Shown: in pieces, positions 1 through 9,405 of the stretch
How positions within the stretch are numbered: position 1 is the stretch's first letter
Layout: every line of letters begins with the position of its first letter
NCBI GenBank assembly: GCA_013695765.1
Contig: JACCZW010000097.1
Span: forward strand, 402 to 64,401
Direction: 5' to 3'
Source of the DNA: Gammaproteobacteria bacterium
GTDB taxonomy: Bacteria; Pseudomonadota; Gammaproteobacteria; JACCYU01
DNA length: 64,000 nt
Made by a program: the position numbers and the translations under genes
The notes under the pieces: generated by a model
Told to the model about the DNA's origin: nothing
What the model saw: only the letters and a program-made list of their open reading frames with translations
Database searches by the model: none

Positions 1-1943
1 TGGATGGTGCCGGGCGGTTGCGCAGCGATGGCGCGTCCGGTGGGCGCGCCGCCGCGACCTACCGAACCGCCCCGACCGTGGAAGAACGAGATGGGCAGCC
101 CGCGCTCCTCGCCGACCCGTTTCAGGCGTGACTGCGCCTTGCTGACTTCCCAGTTGGAACACAGAAAGCCGCCATCCTTGTTGGAATCGGAATAGCCGAC
201 CATGACTTCCTGCACGCCGCCCAGCTCGCGCAACAGGGTGCGACGTACCACAGGCACGCCCAGCAAGTCACGGAGAATGGCCGGACCGTTGCGCAGGTCA
301 TCGATGGTTTCGAGCAACGGTATTACCATGATCTGACAGCTTTCGATGCCTTCCGCGTCTGTGAAGAGGCCCGCGTATTTGGCCAACAGATAAACACCCA
401 GAACGTCCGCGGTGGTGCGCGTCATGCTGAGCACAAAACCGTTGAAGGTATCGCGATCCACTTCGTCACGCATCTCGCGAACCATGCGCAACATGCCGAG
501 CGTAGATTCGGACGACTCGGGAAGGCCGAAACTCGGCATCGAATCCAGCGGCCGCACCAGTTCGGTGAGCAGCCATTGTTTCCATTGCTCGGAATCGGTC
601 TTCGGAGGTTCCTTGTCGCCGGTGATCTGCTTCCAGATGTCGCCCAGCGCTTCGTTCGTCTTGGCGGTATTTTCGCGCAGGTCCAGGCTGAAAGTACGGA
701 ATCGGAACGCCTCAACCTGGCGTCGCAGCGGCTTGACGATGTTGCGTGCGATGCCCTCGCTATGCGCGCCAATCAAGCCGCTCTCCAAGGTGCGAAAGTC
801 CTCGATCAACTCGTCAGCGGTGCCGTAACGGTGCTGCGGCGCTACGTGATTGGCGCCGTGCTCATCGGCGCTGGCGGTGCCTTCCAGCTTGCGCAGCATG
901 CAGGTGGTGAACTGACGGAACACCTCGCCGGGGTTGCGCGCAGTGAGCTGTTCGCTCACGCCGCTGACCGCCAGATGCTCGCTGAGCGCGGTCAAGAACT
1001 CTTCGGGTACCTCCAGTGCGTGCGCGGCCAGACTCAGGCGCGGAACCATGCGCTGCAAATCCTTGAGATAACGTCTGATGCAGGCGTGCCGGTACAGCCG
1101 CAGGATGTCGCGCGTGGTGTCGTTGGTGACGAACGGATTGCCATCGCGGTCGCCGCCTATCCAGGAGCCGAACTGAAATATCGGCGGCAGGGTGAAGTGG
1201 TGGTCCGGGAAAGTCTCCGCCAGCACCTCTTCCATGCGGCGCTCGATGCTGGCGATGCCCACGAACAGCGCGTCGTTGAAAAAATGCAGCCCCCATTCCG
1301 CTTCCTGTTGCACGGTGGGTTTTTCCAGCCGAATTTCGCCGGTCAGCCATAACAGATCGATCTCGGTGCGCAGATCGTCGATCAGCGCCTTGCGTTCGCG
1401 CGGGGTCCAGCGTGTCAGTTCAATTTCGCGCAGCAGTAGAAATATGCGCCGGTGGATCTCCAGCACCGTAATGCGTTTGGCTTCGGTGGGGTGCGCCGTG
1501 ATGACCGGACGTATGCGTGCCGATGCCAGCATGGTCTGGATCTGGTCGGCGGTCATGCCGGCTTTAGCGGCTTGCGTGAACACATTGGCGAACGTGCCGG
1601 GCACATGCTCGGGGCCGCGCTCGGTTTCGGTGTGACGCAAACTGCGCATGACCAGATTCTGCTCGGCGATCGACAGCAGCCTGAACCAGACGCCGTGCGC
1701 CTGAAGGGTGCGCAGCAGCAGATTGCGATCACCTTCAGGGATCGACTGCTTTCCCTTTAGCACCGGATCAATCTCCGGGTTGCGGACGCTGATCACGTCG
1801 TGAAACAGCGCCTCCAGCAGCTGGATGATCTGTTCGGTGTAATCTGCGTCGCCCGTACCCAAGGGCGCGCCTGTCATCTGGTTCGGATCTGAGGGCGCTG
1901 CATTGCCGGAGGTTGCTTGGCTGGACTGGCTAGGATTGGCCAT
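1..1943 (-). CDS. ppc: Phosphoenolpyruvate carboxylase (serine-cycle associated); 3' end lies beyond the left window edge
   Basis: Not in the ORF track because no stop lies in the window. Manual minus-strand translation from ATG 1943 gives VITAHPTEAKR, QEVMVGYSDSNKDGG and FFHGRGGSVGRGG, the PEPC signature motifs, in a consistent frame. Confidence 0.95.
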   Translation of the reverse strand, partial: MANPSQSSQATSGNAAPSDPNQMTGAPLGTGDADYTEQIIQLLEALFHDVISVRNPEIDPVLKGKQSIPEGDRNLLLRTLQAHGVWFRLLSIAEQNLVMRSLRHTETERGPEHVPGTFANVFTQAAKAGMTADQIQTMLASARIRPVITAHPTEAKRITVLEIHRRIFLLLREIELTRWTPRERKALIDDLRTEIDLLWLTGEIRLEKPTVQQEAEWGLHFFNDALFVGIASIERRMEEVLAETFPDHHFTLPPIFQFGSWIGGDRDGNPFVTNDTTRDILRLYRHACIRRYLKDLQRMVPRLSLAAHALEVPEEFLTALSEHLAVSGVSEQLTARNPGEVFRQFTTCMLRKLEGTASADEHGANHVAPQHRYGTADELIEDFRTLESGLIGAHSEGIARNIVKPLRRQVEAFRFRTFSLDLRENTAKTNEALGDIWKQITGDKEPPKTDSEQWKQWLLTELVRPLDSMPSFGLPESSESTLGMLRMVREMRDEVDRDTFNGFVLSMTRTTADVLGVYLLAKYAGLFTDAEGIESCQIMVIPLLETIDDLRNGPAILRDLLGVPVVRRTLLRELGGVQEVMVGYSDSNKDGGFLCSNWEVSKAQSRLKRVGEERGLPISFFHGRGGSVGRGGAPTGRAIAAQPPGTI

Positions 1944-2169
1944 ATGTTGTGCGCTTAGTGAGGGTCATAAAACCAAATGCCGTTGCAGAAATTTCAGGTG
2001 CATGAAATGGGTAGGTCGGTCGATACGCCCGCAAAGCTTGCGTGTGCTTGTCGAACGGTGTGGCGGCTTATCCACCCTTTATGGCCACATTGCCTGATCA
2101 CCGAATCATTGTGCTGAGGCACTTAAGCTTGAAATTCCACTGGCGTGATGCGCCGGTGACGACGTATAA

Positions 2170-3141
2170 CTAGGCAACGCGATCCGGCGGTTCCCTATCC
2201 GCGAAGAAAGCTTCCAGGTTGCTCAGTACGCGCTCGCCCATGGCGACGCGGGTTTCGGTTGTGGCGCTGCCCAGGTGGGGCAGGGCGACTACGTTTTCCA
2301 TCTTCAGCAGTGCCGCACTGACTTTCGGCTCCTGCTCGAATACATCCAGCCCGGCGCCCGCGATAGTGCCGGACTGCAAGGCTTCGATGAGGGCTTTTTC
2401 GTCTACGACATCCCCGCGTGCGCTGTTGATCAGAAACGCGTGATCCTGCATGAGCTTAAAGCGCTCAGCGTTGAGCAGGTGTTGCGTCGCAGCACCTCCC
2501 GGACAATGAATGGATACGAAGTCCGCCGCGCCAAGCACGTCTTCGACGCTGTCACGGCTCTCTGCGTCCAGCCCTTCAAGGGCTCCCGGTTTAGGCGGAT
2601 AGGGATCGTGGAAAATTATCTTCATGCCAAAGCCGTGGTGCGCGCGCCTGGCCACCGCCTGCGCGATACGACCCATGCCGATCAGCCCCAGCGTTTTGCC
2701 GGTCACCTGAGCGCCCATCATGTGCGTTGGGCGCCAGCCGGTCCAGTGTCCGCCGCGCACGTGCCGCTCGCCTTCGCCGGCGCGGCGCGCGGTCATCAGC
2801 AATAAGGTCATCGCCAGATCCGCGGTCGCGTCGGTCAGTACTTCCGGCGTGTTGGTGACGACCAGTCCGTGTTCCTTGGCCGCGTCGACATCAATGTTGT
2901 TGAAGCCGACGCCGAAGTTGCCGATCATTTTCGCGCGGCGGTTATCCGTGCCCAGCACTTCTGCCGTCATCTTGTCAGTGACGGTAGGACACACCGCGTC
3001 GGCGTTGCGCATGGCGTCCGCGAGCTGATCGGCGGTTAACGCCTCGTCGCTCTCGTTCAAGGTGACGTCGAATTGGCTTTTAAGTTTTTTCTCCACCGCT
3101 TGCGGCCATTTGCGCGTTACGATGACTTTGGGTTTTGCCAT
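2170..3141 (-). CDS. D-2-hydroxyacid dehydrogenase, D-glycerate dehydrogenase / hydroxypyruvate reductase type
   Basis: GLIGMGRIAQ Rossmann motif, INSARGDVVDE, GLDVFEQEP and LPHLGSAT; located inside the serine-cycle cluster. Confidence 0.88.
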   Translation of the reverse strand: MAKPKVIVTRKWPQAVEKKLKSQFDVTLNESDEALTADQLADAMRNADAVCPTVTDKMTAEVLGTDNRRAKMIGNFGVGFNNIDVDAAKEHGLVVTNTPEVLTDATADLAMTLLLMTARRAGEGERHVRGGHWTGWRPTHMMGAQVTGKTLGLIGMGRIAQAVARRAHHGFGMKIIFHDPYPPKPGALEGLDAESRDSVEDVLGAADFVSIHCPGGAATQHLLNAERFKLMQDHAFLINSARGDVVDEKALIEALQSGTIAGAGLDVFEQEPKVSAALLKMENVVALPHLGSATTETRVAMGERVLSNLEAFFADREPPDRVA

Positions 3142-3166
3142 GTTTTTGCTTCCTGTGTGTCATCCG

Positions 3167-3198
3167 GCCTGGTCACGTCAGAGATGACGTGACCAGGC
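3167..3198. other. Perfect 14-bp inverted repeat (hairpin) between mtkB and hpr
   Basis: GCCTGGTCACGTCA-GAGA-TGACGTGACCAGGC; no U-tract on the coding (minus) strand. Confidence 0.7.
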
Positions 3199-3275
3199 TT
3201 GGACCTGGAAATCAGCGGGAACAGCTCGCGGCAGAAGGCGCTTCTACATTAAGCCACCCCTATTATGACAACCTA

Positions 3276-4166
3276 TTAGGACACCTTTGACAGCACTTCT
3301 TTCGCGGTAGCGCCGAACTCCGCGGGGCTGGGGACGACTACGATGCCGGCCTCCTTCATAATCTCCACTTTTTCGGCCGCGCTTTCGCCGCTGGACGAAA
3401 TGACCGCGCCAGCGTGGCCCATGCGCCTTCCCTTGGGCGCCGTCAGGCCCGCGACGTAACCCATCACCGGCTTGCTCATGTTCTCCTTAAAGAATTTGGC
3501 CGCGTCGCCCTCCTGCGGCCCGCCGATCTCGCCGATCATCAACACGGCCTTGGTTTCCGGGTCCTCTTCGAACAGCTCGAACACGTCCTGGAAGGAGCAG
3601 CCGTTGATGGGATCGCCGCCAATGCCTACCGCGGTCGATATGCCAATGCCCATCGCCCTCATTTGCTCAGCGGCCTCGTAGCCCAAGGTGCCGGAGCGAC
3701 CGACCACACCGACGTTGCCTTCGATGTAGATATGGCCCGGCATGATGCCCAGCATGGCCTTGCCGGGGCTGATGGTGCCGGCGCAGTTAGGCCCGGTCAG
3801 TATCATGCGATCCTCGTAACGGTAGCGGTACATATAGCGCTTAACCCGGATCATGTCCTGCGTCGGAATACCGTCGGTGATGGCTACGCAGTATTTGATG
3901 CCGCCATCGGCCGCTTCCATGACGGAATCGGCCGCAAATGGCGCCGGTACGAACAGGATGCTCGCCTGCGCGCCGGTTTCTTTCACCGCTTCCTTGACCG
4001 TGTTGAACACGGGCCGGTCCAGATGTTTGGTGCCGCCTTTACCTGGTGTCACGCCGCCCACCACGTTGGTACCGTAATCAATCATCTCCTGGGCGTGGAA
4101 AGTACCGATCTTGCCGGTAAAGCCCTGGATGATGACCGGCGTTTTTTCGTCAATAAGAATTGCCAT
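3276..4166 (-). CDS. mtkB: Malate-CoA ligase (malate thiokinase) alpha subunit, SucD family
   Basis: SucD-family motifs QGFTGK, GPNCAG, GIGGDP and RMGHAGA (phospho-His); adjacent to mcl and ppc rather than sucAB. Confidence 0.88.
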   Translation of the reverse strand: MAILIDEKTPVIIQGFTGKIGTFHAQEMIDYGTNVVGGVTPGKGGTKHLDRPVFNTVKEAVKETGAQASILFVPAPFAADSVMEAADGGIKYCVAITDGIPTQDMIRVKRYMYRYRYEDRMILTGPNCAGTISPGKAMLGIMPGHIYIEGNVGVVGRSGTLGYEAAEQMRAMGIGISTAVGIGGDPINGCSFQDVFELFEEDPETKAVLMIGEIGGPQEGDAAKFFKENMSKPVMGYVAGLTAPKGRRMGHAGAVISSSGESAAEKVEIMKEAGIVVVPSPAEFGATAKEVLSKVS

Positions 4167-4187
4167 ATTTGTATCTCCGCGCCGGTT

Positions 4188-5372
4188 CTAAGCCTTGCTC
4201 TTTTCCACGGCTTCATTACGGGCCTTGACCGCCTTGTCGGCGGCCTCGGCCAGCGTTTCGGCCATAATAAAAGGGAACTCGCTTTTTTTGAGGATCTCTC
4301 GGCCTTTTTCGACGTTGGTGCCCGCCAGCCGCACGATCAGAGGGATTTTCATGTCAATCTTCTGCACCGCCTGCACCACGCCTTCGGCAATCCAGTCGCA
4401 GCGGTTGATGCCGGCGAAGATGTTGACCAGGAAAACCTTGACCTTTTCGTCCGAGAGCACCAGCCGAAAGGCCTTTGCAACCCGATCCGGCGAGGCGCCA
4501 CCGCCGATGTCCAGAAAGTTTGCTGGACTGCCGCCCGCCTGCATGATCATGTCCATGGTCGCCATCGATAAACCCGCGCCGTTGATCATGCAGCCGATAT
4601 CACCGTCCAGGCCGACATAGCTTAGGCCGCGATCGGCGGCGTTGGTCTCGCGCGGGTCCTCCTGCGACTTGTCGCGCAGCTCCGAAATGTTGGCGCGGCG
4701 GAACAGGGCGTTGTCGTCGAACTGCATCTTGGCGTCCAGCGCCAGCAGGCGGTTATCTTTGGTAACGACCAGTGGATTGATCTCGATCAGGGTGGCGTCG
4801 AGATCGCGCAGCGCCCGATAAGCGCCGGTGAAAGCCGCGCTGGCCTGACGGATCAGCGATGCGGGCAAATCCAGTCCGAATGCCAGTTCACGCGCCTGAA
4901 AGTCGCGCAGACCCACCGCCGGTTCCACCGCGATGCGCATGATGGCCTCGGGTTTGTCTTTGGCGAGATCCTCGATCTCCATCCCGCCCTCGGCGCTCGC
5001 CACTACCACGATGCGTTCGCGGGCGCGATCCATCACCAGGGCGAAATAGATTTCACGGTCTATGTCGGTGCCGGCCTCCACGTAGAGGCGATAAACAACC
5101 TTGCCTTGCGGGCCGGTCTGCTTGGTTACCAAGCGTTTGCCCAGCAGTTCATCCGCGGCGTCCCAGATCTCGCGGTCGTTGGAGCAGACCTTGATGCCGC
5201 CGGCCTTGCCGCGCGCGCCCGAATGGATCTGCGCCTTGACGACCCATTTTTCACCGCCAATTTCCTTGGCGCGGTAGACCGCCTGTTCAGGGCTGTACGC
5301 CAGCCCGCCCGCGGCGATCGGCACGCCGAAGCCCGAGAGAAGTTCTTTTGCTTGATATTCGTGGATATCCAC
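4188..5372 (-). CDS. mtkA: Malate-CoA ligase (malate thiokinase) beta subunit, SucC family
   Basis: [37 protein letters not shown] and [13 protein letters not shown] (MtkA-type variants); GTG start; serine-cycle context. Confidence 0.9.
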   Translation of the reverse strand: MDIHEYQAKELLSGFGVPIAAGGLAYSPEQAVYRAKEIGGEKWVVKAQIHSGARGKAGGIKVCSNDREIWDAADELLGKRLVTKQTGPQGKVVYRLYVEAGTDIDREIYFALVMDRARERIVVVASAEGGMEIEDLAKDKPEAIMRIAVEPAVGLRDFQARELAFGLDLPASLIRQASAAFTGAYRALRDLDATLIEINPLVVTKDNRLLALDAKMQFDDNALFRRANISELRDKSQEDPRETNAADRGLSYVGLDGDIGCMINGAGLSMATMDMIMQAGGSPANFLDIGGGASPDRVAKAFRLVLSDEKVKVFLVNIFAGINRCDWIAEGVVQAVQKIDMKIPLIVRLAGTNVEKGREILKKSEFPFIMAETLAEAADKAVKARNEAVEKSKA

Positions 5373-5489
5373 GGGTATTGCCTCCAGTTTCCAGTGTCGC
5401 GCTGGCCCGCGACCGCGGGCGTTTTTATCGGTTAAGCGTCGCGACGACCTGACTTGCGAAATCGGTCGCCGCGAACCCTTGCCGTTACA

Positions 5490-6437
5490 TTATTTCGATT
5501 TGTCTTTTATGGCCTTGTCGGTACGCACCACGTTTTCCGCCATGCGCGCCGTCGCGGCATCGATCATCCTGCCATCCAGCTGCGCGGCGCCCTTGCCCTG
5601 ACGTGACGCCTCTTCCAGGGCTTCCAGCATTCGCCTGGCCTGCTTTACTTCGTCGTCCGGCGGGGAGAACACATCGTTTGCGAGATCGATCTGGCTGGGA
5701 TGAATCGCCCATTTGCCTTCAATGCCCAAGGCCGCGGCCCGTTTGGCGGCCAGGACGAAGCCGTCCTTATCGTTGAAGTCGCCGAACGGCCCGTCGATGG
5801 GCCGTAACCCGTACGCGCGACAGGCAACCGTCATGCGGGTCAGGGCCGCGTGCCACTGGTCGCCGGGATAGTCGGGGTTGAGGCCGCCGATATTCACGGT
5901 GCGTGCACGGTTACTGGCGGCGTAATCCGCCACGCCGAAATGCATCGCTTCGAGCCGCTTGCTTGACGTGGCGATGGCCTCGACATTGGCCATGCCCAGC
6001 GCGGTCTCGATCAATACCTCGATGCCGATGCGATGTTCACCGAAGTCCATCGCCTGCTCGATCTGGGTGATCAGGCAGTCAATGAGATAAACGTCGCCCG
6101 GTACGCCGACCTTGGGGATGAGAATGGTGTCCAGATTCTTGCCGGCCTGCTCCAAAATATCCACGACATCGCGGTACATGTAATGCGTATCCAGCCCGTT
6201 GATGCGGATGGACATGGTTTTCTTTCTGCCCCGCCAGTCGATGTCGTTCAGCGCTTCGATGATGTTCTTGCGCGCCTTGGTCTTATCGTCCGGTGCTACG
6301 GCGTCTTCGAGATCGAGAAATATAAAGTCCACTTCGCTCTTGGACGATTTCTCGAACATGTTCGTATTGGTGCCGGGCACGGCGAGTTCGCTGCGTTGCA
6401 GTCGGACCTTGCTGGGTTCGTAACGGGTGTGGCTCAT
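5490..6437 (-). CDS. mcl: Malyl-CoA lyase (CitE/HpcH family)
   Basis: RSELAVPG, FLDLEDAVAPDDK, HFGVADYAAS, DGPFGDF and GKWAIHPSQI. Confidence 0.92.
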   Translation of the reverse strand: MSHTRYEPSKVRLQRSELAVPGTNTNMFEKSSKSEVDFIFLDLEDAVAPDDKTKARKNIIEALNDIDWRGRKKTMSIRINGLDTHYMYRDVVDILEQAGKNLDTILIPKVGVPGDVYLIDCLITQIEQAMDFGEHRIGIEVLIETALGMANVEAIATSSKRLEAMHFGVADYAASNRARTVNIGGLNPDYPGDQWHAALTRMTVACRAYGLRPIDGPFGDFNDKDGFVLAAKRAAALGIEGKWAIHPSQIDLANDVFSPPDDEVKQARRMLEALEEASRQGKGAAQLDGRMIDAATARMAENVVRTDKAIKDKSK

Positions 6438-6451
6438 GCGGTCGCCCTCTC

Positions 6452-7696
6452 TTAAGCGGTTTGCTTCATGTCGGAGCCGGATTTCATTGCCCGGGCCTGC
6501 CCGGCAGTGCTTTTCTTGTCCGCCGCCGGCGCGTTCTTGCGGTAGTACTCGATGGCGGCTGCCAAGCCGCTACCGGCTTCGATCTCGATGCCGACATCCA
6601 GCATGGCCATTTCGGTGGCCGCGAGCGCGGCACAGCAACTGACTTCGTTGAGATCGCCCAGATGACCGATGCGAAACAGCTTGCCCGCGACATCGGTGAG
6701 TCCGGCACCCAGCGCCGTGTTGTACTTTCTGTAGGCAATGTCGACGACGTCCGCACCATTGATGCCTTCGGGGACCATAATCGCGCTGACCGTATCGGAG
6801 TACCATTTGGGCTGCCTGGCGCACAGCTTGAGACCCCAGGCCTGGATCGCCTGACGCACGCCTTCGCCAAGGCGATGATGGCGCGCGTAGACGTTCTCGA
6901 GGCCTTCCTCGAACAGCAGGTCCAACGATGCCCGCAGGCCGCGCAACATGGGCAGCGACGGCGTGTAAGGAAAGAGACCGTTCGCGTTGGTTTTGATGTG
7001 ATCTTCGAGATCCAGAAAGCAGCGCGGTAGCTTGGCCGTTTTGCGGGCTTCCAACGCCTTCTGGCTGGCGCACACGATGGCAAGTCCGGCCGGCAACATA
7101 AAGCCTTTCTGCGACCCGGCGATGGCCATGTCCACGCCCCACTCGTCCATGCGAAAATCGATGCTGGCAATGGAGCTGACGCCGTCGACGAACAGCATCG
7201 CCGGGTGTTTGGTGGCGTCCAAGGACTTGCGTACGGCTGCGATCTCGCTGGTCACGCCGGTGGCGGTCTCGTTGTGGACGATCATGACGGCTTTAATCGC
7301 GTGGTTCTTGTCCTCGGCGAGCTTTTTCTCGATGTCGGGCACAGGCGCGCCCTCGCCCCAAGGCACTTTGAGGAAATCGACGTCGAGCTTCAATCGTTCT
7401 GCCATGTTTATCCACAGGTGGCTGAACTGGCCGAAGCGCGCGGACAGGACTTTGTCGCCCGGTGACAAAGTGTTGGTCAGGGCAACCTCCCAGCCAGCTG
7501 TGCCGGTCGCGGGAAAGATAAATGACTGCCCCTTGGTGGTCTTGAACACCTTGTTCAGGTCCGCGAACAGCGGCTTGGTGAGCTCGTGCAGATCGGACGC
7601 GCGATGATCTTCCATCGGCACGTGCATCGCGGAGAGAACCGAGTGCGGAACGTTGGTCGGTCCGGGGACATATAAGTGGTTGTGGCCGTAACGCAT
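6452..7696 (-). CDS. sga: Serine-glyoxylate aminotransferase (class V PLP enzyme)
   Basis: VPGPTNVP, HNETATGV, DGVSSIAS, GSQKGFMLP (PLP lysine), FPYTP and FRIGHLGD. Confidence 0.93.
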   Translation of the reverse strand: MRYGHNHLYVPGPTNVPHSVLSAMHVPMEDHRASDLHELTKPLFADLNKVFKTTKGQSFIFPATGTAGWEVALTNTLSPGDKVLSARFGQFSHLWINMAERLKLDVDFLKVPWGEGAPVPDIEKKLAEDKNHAIKAVMIVHNETATGVTSEIAAVRKSLDATKHPAMLFVDGVSSIASIDFRMDEWGVDMAIAGSQKGFMLPAGLAIVCASQKALEARKTAKLPRCFLDLEDHIKTNANGLFPYTPSLPMLRGLRASLDLLFEEGLENVYARHHRLGEGVRQAIQAWGLKLCARQPKWYSDTVSAIMVPEGINGADVVDIAYRKYNTALGAGLTDVAGKLFRIGHLGDLNEVSCCAALAATEMAMLDVGIEIEAGSGLAAAIEYYRKNAPAADKKSTAGQARAMKSGSDMKQTA

Positions 7697-7849
7697 GATC
7701 TATTCCTTATCGCTATATATCTGTTAATCAGGTGACCCGTAAGGTCGATGTGTCACAAAAGCATTCGATGGGCATCTGAGGCGGCAAGCGCGGTAGAGCG
7801 AGTACTCCAGATTGTAATTGCCGGCCGGCGACCGGCGCGGTGTGAACCT

Positions 7850-8773
7850 TTAAGCGGCTGGCTGTTTGTCCGGGTGCAGGTAAACCAGACTCTTGCCCAG
7901 CTTGCCGCCATAGTTGCCGGCCGAAATCATGTTCAAGCCCGGCGTGTCTGCCGCAGCCTTGATCGCAGCCTGCGTGGCATCGATGATCGCCTGCAGATCC
8001 TTGCCGTTCATGATGATCTCCATCACCGACTTGACACCGTCCGGCAGACCCGCTTCCACATCCGGATGATCCTGCAAGGTCGGGCAGAATTTGGTGAACG
8101 TGCTGGCGATGGCGAACTTGTACTTGCTGCCGGCGGTCGAGCCCGAGCCGGCGACGCCGCCCGGAAACGGCATGATGACGCCGGGAACATCATGCACGGC
8201 TTGCACCCCGCGCTCGGCCCCTGCTAGCGCCGAATCCACGCTATCGCCAAACAGCCATAGATTGCCGCCCATCAGCCCGTCCGTGTAACCGAGCCTGCGA
8301 TCGATTATGAATTCCCCGCCGAGGATCGGGACTACCCATACCTTGCGGCCGTAACGCTCTTCGCGCGTTTGAAAGCCGTTGCCGAAATACGCGACCTTGC
8401 GACCCATGTGGTAGTAGGTGTCGGAGTCGACCAGATTGAAGCAGGCTGCGGTGGGCGCGGTCAGCACGTTTTGCGTGATGCGCGCAAGCGCGGCTTTTTC
8501 CAGCGCCTCGACCCGGTCTTTGCGAAAGCGCGGCAGGTGCATCTGCACCACGGCACCGGGGCGGCCATCGGGCGTTTGAAAAGACTCATCACCGCCGGGG
8601 CCAACGTAGCGATCGAGACCGGCTTCGCAATCGCACATGATAGTGCTGGAACCGTGCCCGGTCGCCGCGTTGACCGCGTGCTCCAGCCAGGTGCGATCGC
8701 GCGCGGTGATCAGCATTTCGACGTAGATGCTCTTGAATGCCTCGGCATAGGTATCATCGATTCTCGCGGCCAA
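7850..8773 (-). CDS. fhcD: Formylmethanofuran:tetrahydromethanopterin formyltransferase family protein (Ftr/FhcD), orphan copy
   Basis: IDDTYAEAF, SSTIMCDCEAG, TPDGRPG, QNVLTAPT, GGNL, PFPGG and ISAGNYGGKLG; TTG start with an AGGGAG RBS, 2 bp after the upstream stop. Confidence 0.9.
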   Translation of the reverse strand: MAARIDDTYAEAFKSIYVEMLITARDRTWLEHAVNAATGHGSSTIMCDCEAGLDRYVGPGGDESFQTPDGRPGAVVQMHLPRFRKDRVEALEKAALARITQNVLTAPTAACFNLVDSDTYYHMGRKVAYFGNGFQTREERYGRKVWVVPILGGEFIIDRRLGYTDGLMGGNLWLFGDSVDSALAGAERGVQAVHDVPGVIMPFPGGVAGSGSTAGSKYKFAIASTFTKFCPTLQDHPDVEAGLPDGVKSVMEIIMNGKDLQAIIDATQAAIKAAADTPGLNMISAGNYGGKLGKSLVYLHPDKQPAA

Positions 8774-8775
8774 AA

Positions 8776-9405
8776 TCAGTCTCTCCCTTTGCCTTCGTAA
8801 ATGTCTTTCTCGGTTATGACCTTGTCCATGAAAATGTCATGGGGACCGACCAGAATTTCAGGGAACATCTGCGACTCGAAACAAAGTGCTATCAGCGGCG
8901 CGTCCGGGCGCGCACTCTCCAGCAGTCGATCGTAATAGCCTTGGCCGTTGCCCATGCGCCCGCCACGACGATCGAAACCGACACCCGGCACCATCACTAG
9001 ATCCAGCGCCTCGGGCTCGACCTCCTTGCCTTTCTCGCCCCAACGATCCTTGGGCGGCTCCAGGATTTTCCATTTGCCGACCACGAGTTCGTCCATGCTC
9101 TCCAGGAGCCACAAACCCAGCTTGTTTTCACCTTCCTCGTCCACTGTGCAATAAGGGACGACAATCTTTTTGTCGCTGTTGACGGCATCGCCGATCACGT
9201 GGCGCGTGCGCACCTCGGAGCGCACGTCCAGATACCACATCACGGTTTGGGCCGCGGCGTACTCGGGCAGGTTTACGAATTTATCGACGATGGTTTTGGA
9301 CAGCTCGTCCTTGTTTTCCTGCTCGTTGCGCGCGTCGTACGCCTCGCGGCGCATCTTTCCCTTGCGCTCCATCAACGCGTCCAGTTCTTGCTGGCTCAGA
9401 CTCAT
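8776..9405 (-). CDS. 5-formyltetrahydrofolate cyclo-ligase (5-FCL, YgfA/MTHFS family)
   Basis: RSEVRT, ILEP, DLVMVPGVGFDRRGGRMGNGQGYYDRLL and HDIFMDKVITE; ATG 9405 is preceded by GAGGAG. Confidence 0.92.
   Translation of the reverse strand: MSLSQQELDALMERKGKMRREAYDARNEQENKDELSKTIVDKFVNLPEYAAAQTVMWYLDVRSEVRTRHVIGDAVNSDKKIVVPYCTVDEEGENKLGLWLLESMDELVVGKWKILEPPKDRWGEKGKEVEPEALDLVMVPGVGFDRRGGRMGNGQGYYDRLLESARPDAPLIALCFESQMFPEILVGPHDIFMDKVITEKDIYEGKGRD

Noticed and set aside
412-1760. Several plus-strand ORFs of 100-258 aa
   Set aside because: Antisense shadows of ppc, which the ORF track missed because it has no stop in the window.
3276-5372. TCA-cycle sucCD
   Set aside because: MtkA-type motif variants and the sga/mcl/ppc context favour malate thiokinase.
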